NCBI GenBank assembly: GCA_030770535.1
Contig: JASVEC010000029.1
Coordinates: 496,001-560,000 of the forward strand
DNA length: 64,000 nucleotides
Direction: 5' to 3'
DNA from: Batkoa obscura
Lineage: Eukaryota
Within the stretch, counting starts at the first letter, position 1. Each line of letters begins with the position of its first letter. Below the pieces are notes generated by a model. The model was not told the origin of the DNA. It saw nothing but the letters and a program-made list of their open reading frames with translations, and did not search any database. The translations under genes were made by a program, and so were the position numbers. This document shows positions 11,117 to 24,553 of the stretch, piece by piece.

Positions 11117-13990
11117 ATGAAAAATAATTTCAAAGGCAACTTACCAGTGGATGCGTTGTTTCAATTAGATGCTTCCTACTCATTTCCATCTATATTACCA
11201 AAAATAAATCTAGATAATGAAAGCATGCAACCTCCTCAACAAGATCCTTATTCCAAAAGCAGTGAAATCGAAAGCAGTAAGTTGAATACAACGTCAAAAA
11301 CATCATTTAGCTACGCTTCCATTGAACCTTTGAAAACTTTAAATTCATTAAATAATTTTGATGCGTTTGAAAGGTTGGCCATGGAAAGTCCAATGCCTAT
11401 AGTAAGTCTTATTTCTGGATGTTTTGAAAGAAGTTAAATTTCTTAGATGGTTAGGAATACATATGAAACCTTTGAAAGGAGTGTAGAGCCATTGAATATA
11501 GTAAGTTGAATTAATCGATTTGTTATACATATTTATGGTTATTTAGAGGAAAATACGAATGAATAAAGAGAAGCAGAGTTCATCAAGGATGAATATAAGT
11601 AATTCGAGTTCTAATTTAAGTAAATATCCATCGATTGAAGAAAATGACTGGAGTAATGTTGATAAGCCAATTGAGTCATCAAAAAAGGATGTAATAGATA
11701 TTTCGAAGAAGCACAACTTAAATATGAGTGAGGAAAAAAGTAAAAAGATAAGCTTAAATATTGATATGGGTTTATTGCATTCAGTTATAAATAAGGATCA
11801 AGAATTGACGACGAAACCAGATACAACACTAAATAAAGAGAGCAATGTGATAACAAAAGAGGGCCCATTATTAAATAAAGATAAAAGTATCGTATCAAAA
11901 GAGAAGATTACATCAAATAAGGATGAAAAATTGTCAAAAAAAGAACATACGTCATTACTTAAAAATAAAAAGGAGACAATAATAGGAAATACACTATTGA
12001 GTAAGGATAAAAATATGGCACCAAAAGAGAATATTGGTGTAAATACAGGTAAAAGAGTACTAAAAAAAGAATATACAATTCTAAATAAAGAAATCCCAGA
12101 AATTTTACCAGCGCCCAATCTAGGCAATATAAGTAAACCTTCAAGCAAAGCAAATACGAAGCCGGATACAAGGCGATCTAACAGTTGGGATAAAAAAGTC
12201 CAAGTTGAGATAAAGCATATAAATAAAAGACGTATTTTAAAGCCTATGATAGCCAAAGTTCCTGGATCTAAAGAAGACTTTGATTCATTCGAATTAAATT
12301 TAGTTGATGATGACTCAGGTTAGTATTATTAACATTTATACACTTTAAATACTAATTGTTTTAGATGATGATTTTGTCAATTCAAATAAGAGCATTAAAC
12401 TGAAATCAACCCAATTAAATACTAATAAAACAGCATCATTTTTGACTAGTAGTAATTTTGTTAATTTTCGTAATATTATTCTAACTATATATCATAGATT
12501 TGGGTAAAACAAATAAGAAATCAGATGTAAAGCTAGCTAATAATGAAAATAAACCAAAGCAAAATAAAATAAAGCCTAGAAATAAAAGGCACTTTTTAAA
12601 GCCCATGATAGCTAAAGTTACCGATCCTGAAAAGGACTTTAGCTTGAATGAATTGAATTTGGATGATGATTTTACCAATTCAAATAATGATACACGATCA
12701 GAATCACCTCAATTAAATAGTAAGAAATCAGCATCCTCTCCAACTAGTAAGATTGTTTTATATGTCACAATATTATGCTAACTATATAGAATTAAATAAA
12801 ACAAAGCCTGCTGAAAAAAACGAAGATATAACGAATAATTCACGGACCAATGGCAGTAATATATTTTTAAAATAATAGCTATATACTAATTTATTTATAG
12901 TCAACTCAACTAAACGTAATTTGAAATTACAAGAATTAATTGAAAAACAAAAAAATGATAAAGAATCAGGAAATATAAGAAGAACAAGGTCAGGTAGGGC
13001 TATTATAAAGCCATTAGAATATTGGAAAAATGAAGAAAAAGAACTACCAAAAGCTATATCTTTAAAATTTTCTTGGGGGGGAAATAAAGTTTGTATTTGT
13101 AAGTTACTCAAGTTATAAAATAGGAAAATAGTTAATTGGTTTATTAGCAAATAAGGCAAATAACACTATGGAGGTAAGGAATACTAGGGAAAGACGCTCG
13201 AGAAGTAAAAGAGATCAAGGTTTTTTGGAAGGTTCAGCTACTACTCAAAAACCAGTGCTGAAAGGAGTAAATTCTAATATCCCAATTTGGACTATATTAA
13301 TGTTATTTTAGACAAGAGCTCAGAATAACAATAAAAGTATGAAAAGAAGGAAAGAAGGTAGGGTTAATTTAAGCTTTATTTCTATAAATATTCAACAGTC
13401 TTTAGAACCTGACCTTATATCTCCAAAGGATAAGAAAATAACTACAAAAAAGCCCAAAGCTGTTAGGGTACTTCATTTATATTATTATAAATCCAACTTT
13501 TACTAATTATGGATATATAAGAAAACAAATAAGGTTGATTTAAATATAAATAAAAAAGAACAATACAATCAGACATTAAATGTAAAAAATGCTAAAGTAA
13601 ATACGATTTTAATTTAACTTAATATTAATTGATGTCAAAATAGCAAAATGGAATATTAAAAGAAACACAAAAAATAATAAAAGAACAAGGTGCTCCTAAT
13701 GGTAATAAAGGAACCACATATATAGAACGATATAAAAAAGCATTGGAAGCAGAAGATGTAAGTTTAATTTATATATACTAGAATTTGCATTTAAACTTTA
13801 AAAACTTTAGGATGAAACAGTTAAACCAAAGGGTAAAAAAGTGTATCAAAACGCAAATAGTATATTAAATAAGGCATTGAAAGGGGAAGTCAATTATCTA
13901 TTTGAAGGTAAAGTAGTAGATTCTGAAGTTGATAATTCGATAGATCAAAAGGCTTTACCAGAGTTTGATATTTATGAAATGTCAGAGTAA
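11117..13990 (+). CDS. Multi-exon K/N/S-rich disordered protein with a CENP-C/CENPC-k-type motif (putative centromere protein)
   Basis: A chain of GT-AG-bounded exons runs from ATG 11117 to TAA 13988-13990. The motif RRTRSGRAIIKPLEYWKNE lies at about 12978-13034. Confidence 0.6.
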
Positions 13991-15764
13991 TTAGTTTGTT
14001 AATTTGTTGGTTGTGAGAAGTTTTTTGCTATTTGAAGTTGACGAATCAAATGATTGGAAGTTGATATGTCATTACAGTTAACGAGTAGCATTATCGGGTT
14101 GAGTTCTCTTTATATCGACTTAAATGGACGTATTTATTATCTTTTTGTCTATATTATAATTAAAGGTTACTATAAATGTTTTAACAATAAGTTGGTTTTT
14201 AAATATTTTAATAGCTTCAGTTTTTAATGTTATCAACTTGTTCAAGAGGCATTTTTTTTAAAATTCAAGAACATGTCTTGAAATATTTAATTCAGAGAAC
14301 ATATTTAATGCTAATGATTTAAAATAATAATAGTTTTAATTTTGAGTTAAAAATAACTAAAATTATATTTATAGATAAAATTAACAAAAATAATACGCTG
14401 TTGTCTCTAGAATATTAAATGAATCATTTTTCTTGATAGAAACAATTATATATATATTCTATATCTTAAACTAAACCAACAAATATTCTAATTAATAGAA
14501 ATTGGAGTTTTTGAGTTAGTATCAAGGTTCAACCAATTTGCCCAATTACTAACAATTATGAATAGCATTACTAACAATTAGGCAGATTGATTGTATCCCA
14601 ACGCTAGTTATGAAGTTCCAATTCATGTAACTATTATAGTAATAAAACTAAAACTAGGTTTTAGTATCAATTATAGCTGTTGTAACTCTTTCAGGGTCTG
14701 GTTAATTTCTCATTTAAGAAAAAAATGTATTAAAATCATGTTTAATATAATGATTAGGCTTTAAAATAGTAAATATAAATAATTTGATTATAAAAAACCG
14801 CTAAAAAAGTCGCAAAAGAGCTACAACAACTGTAAAAAAGTCAAAACAATTCGTCACTAAAATAAATACTCCTTAAAAATGGGTCAATTTTAGGTTAAGA
14901 TGAGCGCCTATTTTTATGAATATTTAATTCTTGCCATGGAGTCTTCTTCAATCATCTTATCATGTTATATAGTTTTTATAATTTATATTAAATGAGCCTT
15001 TAAAGTTAAAGAATTTGTATAATAAAGTTTAAAAATTTCAATAAAAATGTTTATCAATTTCTTTTTAGAAAATTAAATAAAGAAATCAATAAGCTAAATA
15101 TAGGCACCTCAAACATCAAGCTGCCAAACTTTGCTGACCTTTGTCTAATTAATTAGTGCTAATTTCAATCTCTAAAAAAAGCTATTCATAGTGGTCAATT
15201 CTGTCATTTTCATTTATTAATAGCCCTAGTCAAGTGGTGACTTTTTTGTTGTAGCCAATAAATACCTTGGAAGCTTGATAATGGCATTGAAATTTGTCAA
15301 AAAAGGCTTATCAAAAAAGAAATTTCTAAAGCTGTCGCAGTTCTATTGCGATTTAGGTAACTGCTCATTTAGTATAATGTTTATATGATCGGCTAAAATC
15401 TAAAGACCACACTTCAAAAAAGTCAAACAACAAATAACAGACTCTAAAAATAGTAGCAAACTAAGTCACAATAGAGCTACAACAGCTGTAAGAAACTGGC
15501 TTTTAAAGATTTCATGGAAGATAGGCCAAATTTTATTGGCTTTAATTTCTGTATTGAGGATGGAGAAGAAGCTTGAATAAGTGGGGTTCAAGGAAATTAA
15601 ATAAACTAAATAAAAATAAAGAATCATAGTGGTAATGATCAAATAGATTTTAAAAAATAGTTTAAAATCAATTAATTTGATCTTTTTGTTTTTTGTTTAT
15701 TTATTTGTTAGATTATTAATTTTTCAATATTTCAATCTTTTTTTTATAAAATTCGATATATACT

Positions 15765-17072
15765 ATGGAAGATAAATACATTGGTTTAATACTAGCTTTA
15801 GTTTCAAGTTGTATGATTGGGATATCTTTTGTAGTCACTAAGATGGGGTTGATTGATTCAACACAGAACGGTACTTATAAAATATTATAAATTATCTTTA
15901 TTAAATAGACTTTCTATTAGGTGGTGACGCTCATGCTTATTCTTATTTAAAAAATGGTATTTGGTGGATTGGTTTATCAACAAGTAAATAACACTTATAT
16001 TAGTAAAACTACAATATTAACTTTATTTTACAGTGGCTTTTGGCGAAGTAGCAAATTTTGCTGCTTATTCATTTGCACCCGCCATATTAGTAACTCCATT
16101 AGGGGCATTGAGTGTGATTATTGGGTAAGATAACATAATTCTATCTTATAAAAGAAACTAAGCATTATTTTTTAAAAAGCGCTATTTTAGCTTCTGTAAT
16201 ATTAAAAGAAAAACTAGATAGTAGTGGTAAAGTAGGTTGTGCTTTATGTATCCTTGGTTCTATTATTATTGTATTACATGCTCCTAAAGATAAAACGATT
16301 CAAGATATTAATGAAATTGTGGCTTATGCTGTGCATCCTGGTAACTTTTATTATTAATATGTAGTTTGTTTTTATTAATTAATTTTTTTATAGCCTTTGT
16401 TACTTATTCACTATTAGTACTTGCTTTTTGTTTAGTTATGATCTATTATTATGGACCAAAATATGGAAAGAAATATCCCTTGGTTTATATTTCAATATGT
16501 TCATTAATAGGTTCCATTACTGTTATGGCATCCAAAGGATTTGGTATTGCATTAAAACTTACATTGTCTGGTAATAATCAATTATGGAATCCAGCTACTT
16601 ATATCTTTGCTATTACTACTGGTTTATGTATTCTTACCCAAATGAATTATTTCAATAAGGCATTAGATACCTTTTCAACCAATGTAGTTACTCCCATTTA
16701 TTATGTATTTTTTACAACAGCTACCTTAACTGCTTCAGTTATCTTTTTTAGAGGCTTTGAAGATGCTACTCCTGTTGAAGCGGTCTCTTTATTAATTGGT
16801 TTCTTAGTTATCTTTTCTGGTGTGTTTTTATTAAATGATACTAATAATTCGGATTATAATCCATTGACTACACCAGATACTTTAGAAAGAGAAAATTGTA
16901 CACAGATTTATAGAAATGGTTCAGTACACGAAGAAGATCTTTATAAACCTTTTGATGAAGAAGGTCTAGGTTTATCAGAAACTAATCATAGAAGAAGGTA
17001 ATTATTTTGTTGTCATAACTTATAAATGATACTAATTTGTTTTACTTTAGTTCAATAAAATCATTGGCTTAA
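15765..17072 (+). CDS. NIPA-family magnesium transporter; multi-exon
   Basis: [15 protein letters not shown]...[54 protein letters not shown] and [14 protein letters not shown] are all NIPA hallmarks. Confidence 0.95.
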
Positions 17073-17708
17073 TAAGTAGTTGGTTAGTAAATAAGATATT
17101 GATGAATTAGGGTGATAAAATTTGGCGAGCGATTTTAACTATATAATCATTTATTATAATATATATAAAATATATTTATGTTACTAAGTTTAAATTAATA
17201 AAATTATCAGGAATAAAATGATAGTTATCATTTTTAATTTTTTATACACTTTTATACATAAGAACATTAATTAGTTTATTTATTCTAAAACAACATTATA
17301 TAAATTAACGATGTTATATTATAGTGATTGATGTATTATTGACAAGGACTTAGATAAAAATTTAACTATGTTATTTATTTAAAAAAATTTACCCATATCC
17401 ACTTTTATTTTTGTGAGTTATCATACATCTACTTTCGTTTTAATAAATGTAATAAACATAAATGCCAAATAAATTTTTTATAATTTCAAAAATGAGGATA
17501 AATTTTATTTTTAAAAATCAATTTTAATTAAGATTATCATTGACTCTTTTTTATGAATTAAAATATACACATACATAATTATTTCATTATTTTATTAATA
17601 ACTTTATTATATCAATCAAGCTATTATAGAGAAATAAGAAATAAGACACTAAATAAACTTAAATTCTTAGGTTACTAACTTTAAATTTAGGGTGTCTAAA
17701 TAGTATAT

Positions 17709-17803
17709 GGGGATATATTTTTGTGTTTAAGAATTTTACTAACAATTTTTCCACTCAAATAGCACTTGAAAGATGGAAAAAATGAAGCTAAAAAAACACC
17801 CCC
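17709..17803. mobile_element. MITE family 1 (reverse orientation)
   Basis: ggggatat...acaccccc with atat/atat flanks; reverse-complemented core. Confidence 0.85.
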
Positions 17804-17874
17804 ATATGACATACTTTTTGAAGTATAGCATGCCACAAAATAAATCAATAAAAACCCTTTAAAATTAAGCAACC

Positions 17875-17966
17875 GGGGATGTATTTTAAGAATTTTACTA
17901 ACAATCTTTCTGCTCAAATAGCGCTTAAAAAGTGGAAAAAGTAATGAAACCAAAAAAAACATCCTC
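17875..17966. mobile_element. MITE family 1 (reverse orientation)
   Basis: ggggatgt...acatcctc with core ttactaacaatctttctgctcaaatagcgcttaa. Confidence 0.85.
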
Positions 17967-19118
17967 AACTGATATCATAATTGGCATTATTCCTTGAGTT
18001 ACTTGGTTAATTTTTTAATTTCTAAAATTTGAATTTCACGTGATTTGTTTGTTTCTATAAACAAAAATATAATTCACAAATAAAAATTCCTATACTAACT
18101 AATTATGTATACTATTTTTATTTAACTAAACACTATTTTAAAAAACTAAACAACTTAAATGAAAAGTTGAAATTTAGGAAAAAAATCAAAAATTAACCAA
18201 TCATATCATCTTATTTGGAGCATATTATTCTTCAAAAAGCATCCTACATACTATTTAAAAGTTCCATAAATTTAAGTTAATAAAAAATACTGTTTAGAGT
18301 CTAATATAATATACTATTGTTTTTAATATCTTTGGAAGAGTGTTAGCTCCTGGGTCCTTCATTAACAAAATATATTAAGCAATTAATTTAATATATAGCT
18401 ATTTCATAATAGATTAAACAATTAACTTTAATATATTGCTATTTTATTAAATTTTAGTTTATTTTATATAGAGCCTCATAAATGCCCTTGGTTTTTCGTT
18501 GAAAAATTGGTAGTAGGGTATAGAATTGTACAATTGAAATATTTTTAGAAATAATTTTATTTTTGCATATGAGAAATATTTGGTGTTGCAGCTAACAATA
18601 TTTTTTTTCTAAAGAATGGTTATATATATAAAGTCTTTATAGGCATTTCTTACTTTTACTTAAACGTTTTCTTTATTAACAATTTACATTATTTATTTAA
18701 ATTCCCACAACTTTCACGATAATTATTTTTCAATAAAGATTTATTTTTAAAACAAATCCTTGAAACTTTTTACTTTATTATTCTAAAATTGGAATTCACA
18801 TTATAAAATAAACTTTTAACCTTTTAACAAACTATTAACAAAAAACTAAAAGTTCAATTAAAATGCTGAATTTTAATTAAAAAGTTCATTTAACTAAAAA
18901 ATTCATTGAAAAAATATGTCCATACTTATAATAATAAAATTAATAATATTTAGCACTCCCTTAAAAAGTCCATAAACTCTCACTCATATCAACTTCTGCT
19001 TCCAGTCATTTAATTGGCAAAACTCTCTATCAAATTTCGGGCATATAATTGGTCAAAAGCTGAATCATATTTTCAGTAAAAAATAAAAGAGCAAAAAGAG
19101 CATTTCGTTTGTCTAACA

Positions 19119-19970
19119 ATGATGACGAACAATCAAGCCAATACACCAGTTGAGAAAGAAGTCATAGATAGGAGCGTAGTAGTTGAAATTGGAGATGAAG
19201 AAAAAAGCGATAAAAATCAAGTTGAAAAAGATGCAAATCAAGTTGAAGATGAAGAAGAGGATGAAGAAGGTGAAGACGATGAAGTTTATATAGTAGAAGC
19301 GATCTTGGAGCATAAAAAGATTAAAAGGGTAAGGGTTCTGATACTAGTAAAAGGATTGAAGTTAAAAATTTAATAATAAAAGGGTGGCTATCAATATTTA
19401 ATAAAATGGCAAGGGTTTCCACACGAAGAAAACACTTGGGAAGATGAAGATAATATGTGAGTTGCTTTTAAAATCAAGATTAAAACGGAATCTAATATTC
19501 GAAAATAGTTTAAGTAAGGATTTACTCGATGACTATTGGAAAGGTAAAAATAAGGGTAAAGATAGTGGGTCTAAAGCACAAATAAATAAAAAGCGTAAGA
19601 CAACGATGGAAAATAAAGATAAAGACTTGGAAGAAAATGGAATTGAGCTTAGTCACAATTATCCTCCAGAAGATTTAGAGAATTGGGAAAGCGAAGTAGT
19701 TGAAATTGAAACTATTGAACGTAATTCCAAAGGCGAGCTCATTGTTTATATAGTTTGGTAGGGCAATTCTGATTTATTTTTGATAAAATAACAATGGTTA
19801 TTAGGAAAAATGGATGTCATACTTCACATAACTCTAAAGTTGTTAATGAAAGGTGTCCTCAAAAGGTAAATATATAAGTTTGCTAAGCTAAGGTCATTTT
19901 AATGCATTTTTAGATTATTGAGTTCTATCAAAATCACCTTAAGTTCCTTGATGAAGATCAAAAAAGTTGA
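19119..19970 (+). CDS. HP1/Swi6-like chromodomain + chromo-shadow protein; multi-exon
   Basis: Acidic stretch, then VYIVEAILEHK...YLIKWQGFPHEENTWE (chromodomain) and WESEVVEIETIER...LIVYIVWKNG...RCPQKIIEFYQNHLKF (chromo-shadow). Confidence 0.92.
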
Positions 19971-20440
19971 AGCTCTAAATAATTGAATCCATCCCAAAAG
20001 TTTTTTAATAAAATGCTATTGATCTAATTAAACATTAAGCATATATCTTCTTTTAACATTAAAATATACAGACTTTTGATGTTTAGTTTTCTTTCAACAC
20101 AAATGTTCTTATAGGTGATTTTTTTTATTTACAGGTAGGATAAAATGAAACTTTTTGATATTTGAATGTTTTTATATTTTAGATTCTTTAATTAAAAATG
20201 TGTGACTAGACGGAAAGAAGCATCAAGTTTCTCCTGCTGCACTCCCTCGCCTTAAGAAACTTAAATATATCTATCTATATTAACTAAACCAACATAAGAT
20301 TAATTATTATATCAATTAAAAAGTAAAATAAGATTAACCCAAACTTTTAATTTTAAATCACAAGCACTTAAAAAATCATTTAATTAAAAAATATCTTTAT
20401 CTTTTATCTTTTACTTTAAATTAATCCTCCACCTTATCTA

Positions 20441-23136
20441 TCACAGTCCAGCATTCTTGCCTTTCATAGCATTAACCATCTGCTCAGCACTCAATGTTTC
20501 AAACTCAATCAAGGCTGCTGCCAATCGATCCAGCTCTGATTTCTTAGTAGTTATAAGTGAAGTAGCCCTCATATAAGCATCCTAAAAATAAAATTAGCAT
20601 ATTAAATAATAGTATAATAAACAACTTACATCCAACAGCTTACGCACTTGGTTCTCTATCTCTAGCTTAGTTTCATGACTGAGTCGATCATAATCCCCAG
20701 AATAATCTACTGGCCCAAGCTTAGTCCCCATACCAAGCTCAATTACCATACGACGAGCAATTGAGGTGGCTTTTTGTAAATCGCTTTGTGCCCCTGAAGT
20801 CACATTTTCTTCCCCATATAACACTTCTTCGGCTACTCTACCACCCATACAAACATCTAACATTGCTTTAAGTTCTTTCTTCGTATAGTTATCCTTATCC
20901 ATTTCTGGAAGCTGCATCGTTACACCAAGACTACGTCCCCTTGGAATGATGGTGGCTTTATGTAGTGGTAAAGCACCTGGGGTGTAATAAGCTACAAGTG
21001 CATGCCCTCCTTCATGATAAGCTGTTAACTTTTTACTTTCATCTGTTATTACTGCAGACTTCCTTTCAGCACCCATAATCATCCTGTCCTTTGCTTCTTC
21101 AAAATGACTCAAGTTAACCACAGGTGAACTGGAGCGTGATGCTTGAATAGCAGCTAAATTAACTAAATTGGCCAACTCAGCACCTGAAAATCCAGGTGTA
21201 CCACGAGCAAGTGTACTTAAATCAACATCTAGATTGCATAATTAATATAATATATCAAAATGAAAACATCTAATTACCTTGTCCAATTTGTATCTTCTTT
21301 GAATGAAGTTTCAAAACTTGAAGTCTACCCCTTACATCTGGTAATGGTACTTCTACATGACGATCAAATCGACCTGGACGAACTAAAGCTTTATCCAAAA
21401 GTTCTGGGAAATTGGTAGCTGCTATAAATATAACCCCTTCTGTTTGCGAAAATCCATCTAAGTCCACAAGCAATTGATTCAATGTTTGCTTCATATACGC
21501 TTGATCCTTAGGATTACGCTTGGCGCCAATGGCATCCAATTCATCTATAAATACAATAGAAGGTGCCTTCTTTCTTGCAGCAGCAAAAAGCTCTCTCACT
21601 CTCCTTGCTCCAACGCCCACATACATTTCATCAAACTCAGATCCGGACATGAAAAAGAATGGGACTCCAGCTTCACCAGCCACGGCTCTAGCTAATAAAG
21701 TTTTACCTGTACCTGGTGGTCCAGTCAAAAGTACACCTTTTGGTAGCTTACCGCCCAATTCATTAAACCTTGATGGATCTTTTAAAAATTCAACAATTTC
21801 AATAAGCTCATCCTTTGCTTCATCAACACCCTGTACATCATTAAAGGTAACTGTACTTGTCATATCCGGCTCAAATTCAGGTTGTATTTTAGGTGGGTTC
21901 TTTGCTAGGCCTGAATTTTCAAGTGCTAAACTTATGAAAGTAAGGATGCAAAAGATGTAAGTAAATGTTAATCCAACGCTTTTGATTGCTTTCCACATGG
22001 AAACTGAACTAGCTATAAAAAACCAATTAGTAAATTTTAACAAAAAAATAAAAAAGCAATGATACATTCATCAACAATCACATGTACTGGTTTATCTTTT
22101 GTTCCAGAAGAGGTAGATGTTGTATTATCAAATGTTGATGTTGAAGGTTTCTTAAAAGTTTGAGTAAGAGTTGAATGTTCCATAGAACGAAAAAAAGGTT
22201 TTGTCTGGATTAACTTTAAAACTTTAGTAGCAATGGAATCCGTTTGATTGTTTTTTATCAAAGCTGTTATATAATATTGTAAACAATCTACATTAATCCC
22301 AAAATCATAGTTTTCAAGTCGATTAATTAATATATTATAATACCCCCCTTTTAACAATTCCTATAACAGTTTATTATTTTAATTATTGATCTTTATGCTA
22401 AACTTACCTGATAAAAAGCAGCTTGTTTGACTGGATTTGTTGGATTTTCATTAGCCTCATCTTCTAAACTAGAAAGTCTTTTTTCCGTATTTGTTTTAAA
22501 TGCAAAACCTCTACTTTCAATTCCTAAAAGATTTAATCAAAATCAACTAAAACCAAAATTAAACTTACTGCTGAATCCTTTTAACGAATTTAATATAGAT
22601 TGATTGATTAACGCCTTCCTTTTCGTGAAATCATTCTTAACTAATAATGGATTGATTCTTAACTTCATACTAGAAATGGAGCTTAAAATACCATGTGTTT
22701 GATAGTCTAAACTGTTGAAACTGGTTGGTAAAAAATGAAGACCAAATTTGGTTTTAAATGGTGGTATTATTAAATCATTAGTGTTATTTTTTAAACCCAC
22801 TTCTATACCTGTCTTATGAAAATTTAGCTAAACATCAGAATAAACTAAATCACTTACTTCATTTTCATTTAAGCCGTTTCCAGGATCTTTTTTTATCTCT
22901 GACTCAGTCTGATTAACTCCATGCTTCTTTTGCCCAGTTGAGTAACTATTATATCTAACTCTAGAAGGCTGAATAACATTATTATTTAAAAAGGAAGAGA
23001 TTTGGCCAACTAAAATAGAGCCCTGTATAAAGAAAGGACCCATTAGTACCAATTTTATCACTATTATTCATCATATATTTACTTGAAATAAAGGACTATA
23101 AACCGACGTATTTGAAGTCAAAATATTTGCAAACAT
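20441..23136 (-). CDS. YME1: Mitochondrial i-AAA protease (FtsH family); multi-exon
   Basis: Walker A GPPGTGKT, Walker [20 protein letters not shown], zinc motif HEGGH, and [14 protein letters not shown] typical of Yme1. Confidence 0.95.
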
Positions 23137-24181
23137 AAAAAAATGAGGTATGAATAAATTCAAATTTGAGTTTACATAGTCACTGTTTGCTTAAACCAAT
23201 TATTACAATTAAGTTCAAATTCTTTAAGTTGCTTTTAGCCAATAAAATTGTAAATTTATTTATCAAATTTTTTGAAATTTTATTAAAGCATTATCATTTC
23301 TTTGATAAAAAAATATTAAAAATAGAACCAGAAAGTGCTAAATGGATGAAAGATAAGGTTAAATACCATTTTAACAATCTTATGGAAGGAAGCTTTTGCC
23401 GTTGTATGTTTAACTGAACCATTGAAATATGAATATGGAGAAGAATTAGATCCTATAATTAGAGGAGACAAATATTGGAGTTATACTGGAAGTGGTGAAA
23501 GTGCAATAGAATTTGGCACTGGCTCTAAAGTGATCGGAAGATGTGAATATATGAAATCATTGGGCTCTTTGGAAGAATATATTGTTATAGCATGTAGTCC
23601 TGGAGCAAAAGTATATACAGGCAGAGAACACGCATATGCCGGTAGTGTGGGCATAATGGTATGACTCCTAACGGTGAAGAATATCGTTTTTAGATTTAGA
23701 ACAAATTCAAAAATAAATAAAGTAACCACTCGATTTTGTCTTCATTAATAAAACAAGTTATATTGATCTTCAAGGATCAATAGTTCATAAGGTGCACCTC
23801 TGAGGGCAGTCAGAATTGATTAAGAAATAAAATGATAAACGGTTTGACTTGTAAGCATAACGACGCGATCGGCCAGCAGCTTTGTTTTAATCGCTGATAT
23901 AAATAAATCAATGCAATTATCATTTAAGTGCTTTTATTATTTACTCAAAGCAGGAGATGATTATCAAATTTCACTGTATAGAGCAAATATTACATAATAT
24001 GTTGGATCACTATAGGAAAGTATAGGAATAGTGATGAATCCTTATTTAATGAATAAAAAAGTTCAAAATAAAAAATCAGTTCAAAATATCATGTCTTTTA
24101 CATCGAATAAAATTATAGACTTTTACAACTAATTGTTTGTCTTTAACGTAATTGATACAAAAATTCTTAAATTGTTTGTAT

Positions 24182-24416
24182 GGGTAAGTTTAAAACCTTG
24201 GTTAAAATTAAGGAAAAATTTCCCAATTCACCTTTTTGTTCATTTTTTATGTAGCGTAAATTTCTGAAATTTTTTGAATACTGGATGAAAAAACGTTGCT
24301 ATATGAGTAATTTAAATTAAGCAAAAACAGTTAATTTCATAGCACCTTATATTTAATTTGCAATTTTTGCTAAAAACCTAAATTGGACAAATTGGACTGA
24401 GCTTTTAAACTAACCC
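24182..24416. mobile_element. MITE family 2, full-length (about 235 bp)
   Basis: TIRs gggtaagtttaaaa / ttttaaactaaccc (1 mismatch), flanks gtat/atat. Related copies at 977-1252, about 60200-60304 and about 62050-62130. Confidence 0.75.
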
Positions 24417-24481
24417 ATATAAAAACAAGTAAATTTTAAAGCTACAAAAAGTTAGAACTTGAGAATCAATCCTAAAAAATA

Positions 24482-24553
24482 GGGCTCAGCAGGGAATTGA
24501 ACCCTGGACCTCTCGCACCCAAAGCGAGAATCATACCACTAGACCACTAAGCC
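24482..24553 (-). tRNA. tRNA-Pro (TGG)
   Basis: Reverse complement GGCTTAGTGGTCTAGTGGTATGATTCTCGCTTTGGGTGCGAGAGGTCCAGGGTTCAATTCCCTGCTGAGCCC; anticodon stem CTCGC/GCGAG; T-run terminator. Confidence 0.96.

Noticed and set aside
11798..12256. Hydrophobic antisense ORFs (also 35985-36402, 19113-19313, 62926-63177) resembling membrane proteins
   Set aside because: They are reverse complements of K/E-rich coding sequence.
17696..17968. 90-aa ORF with an internal repeat
   Set aside because: It is a read-through of two adjacent family-1 MITEs.
11117..19970. HP1 near the CENP-C-motif gene as a centromere-function cluster
   Set aside because: They are separated by an unrelated transporter and there is no evidence of linkage beyond chance.
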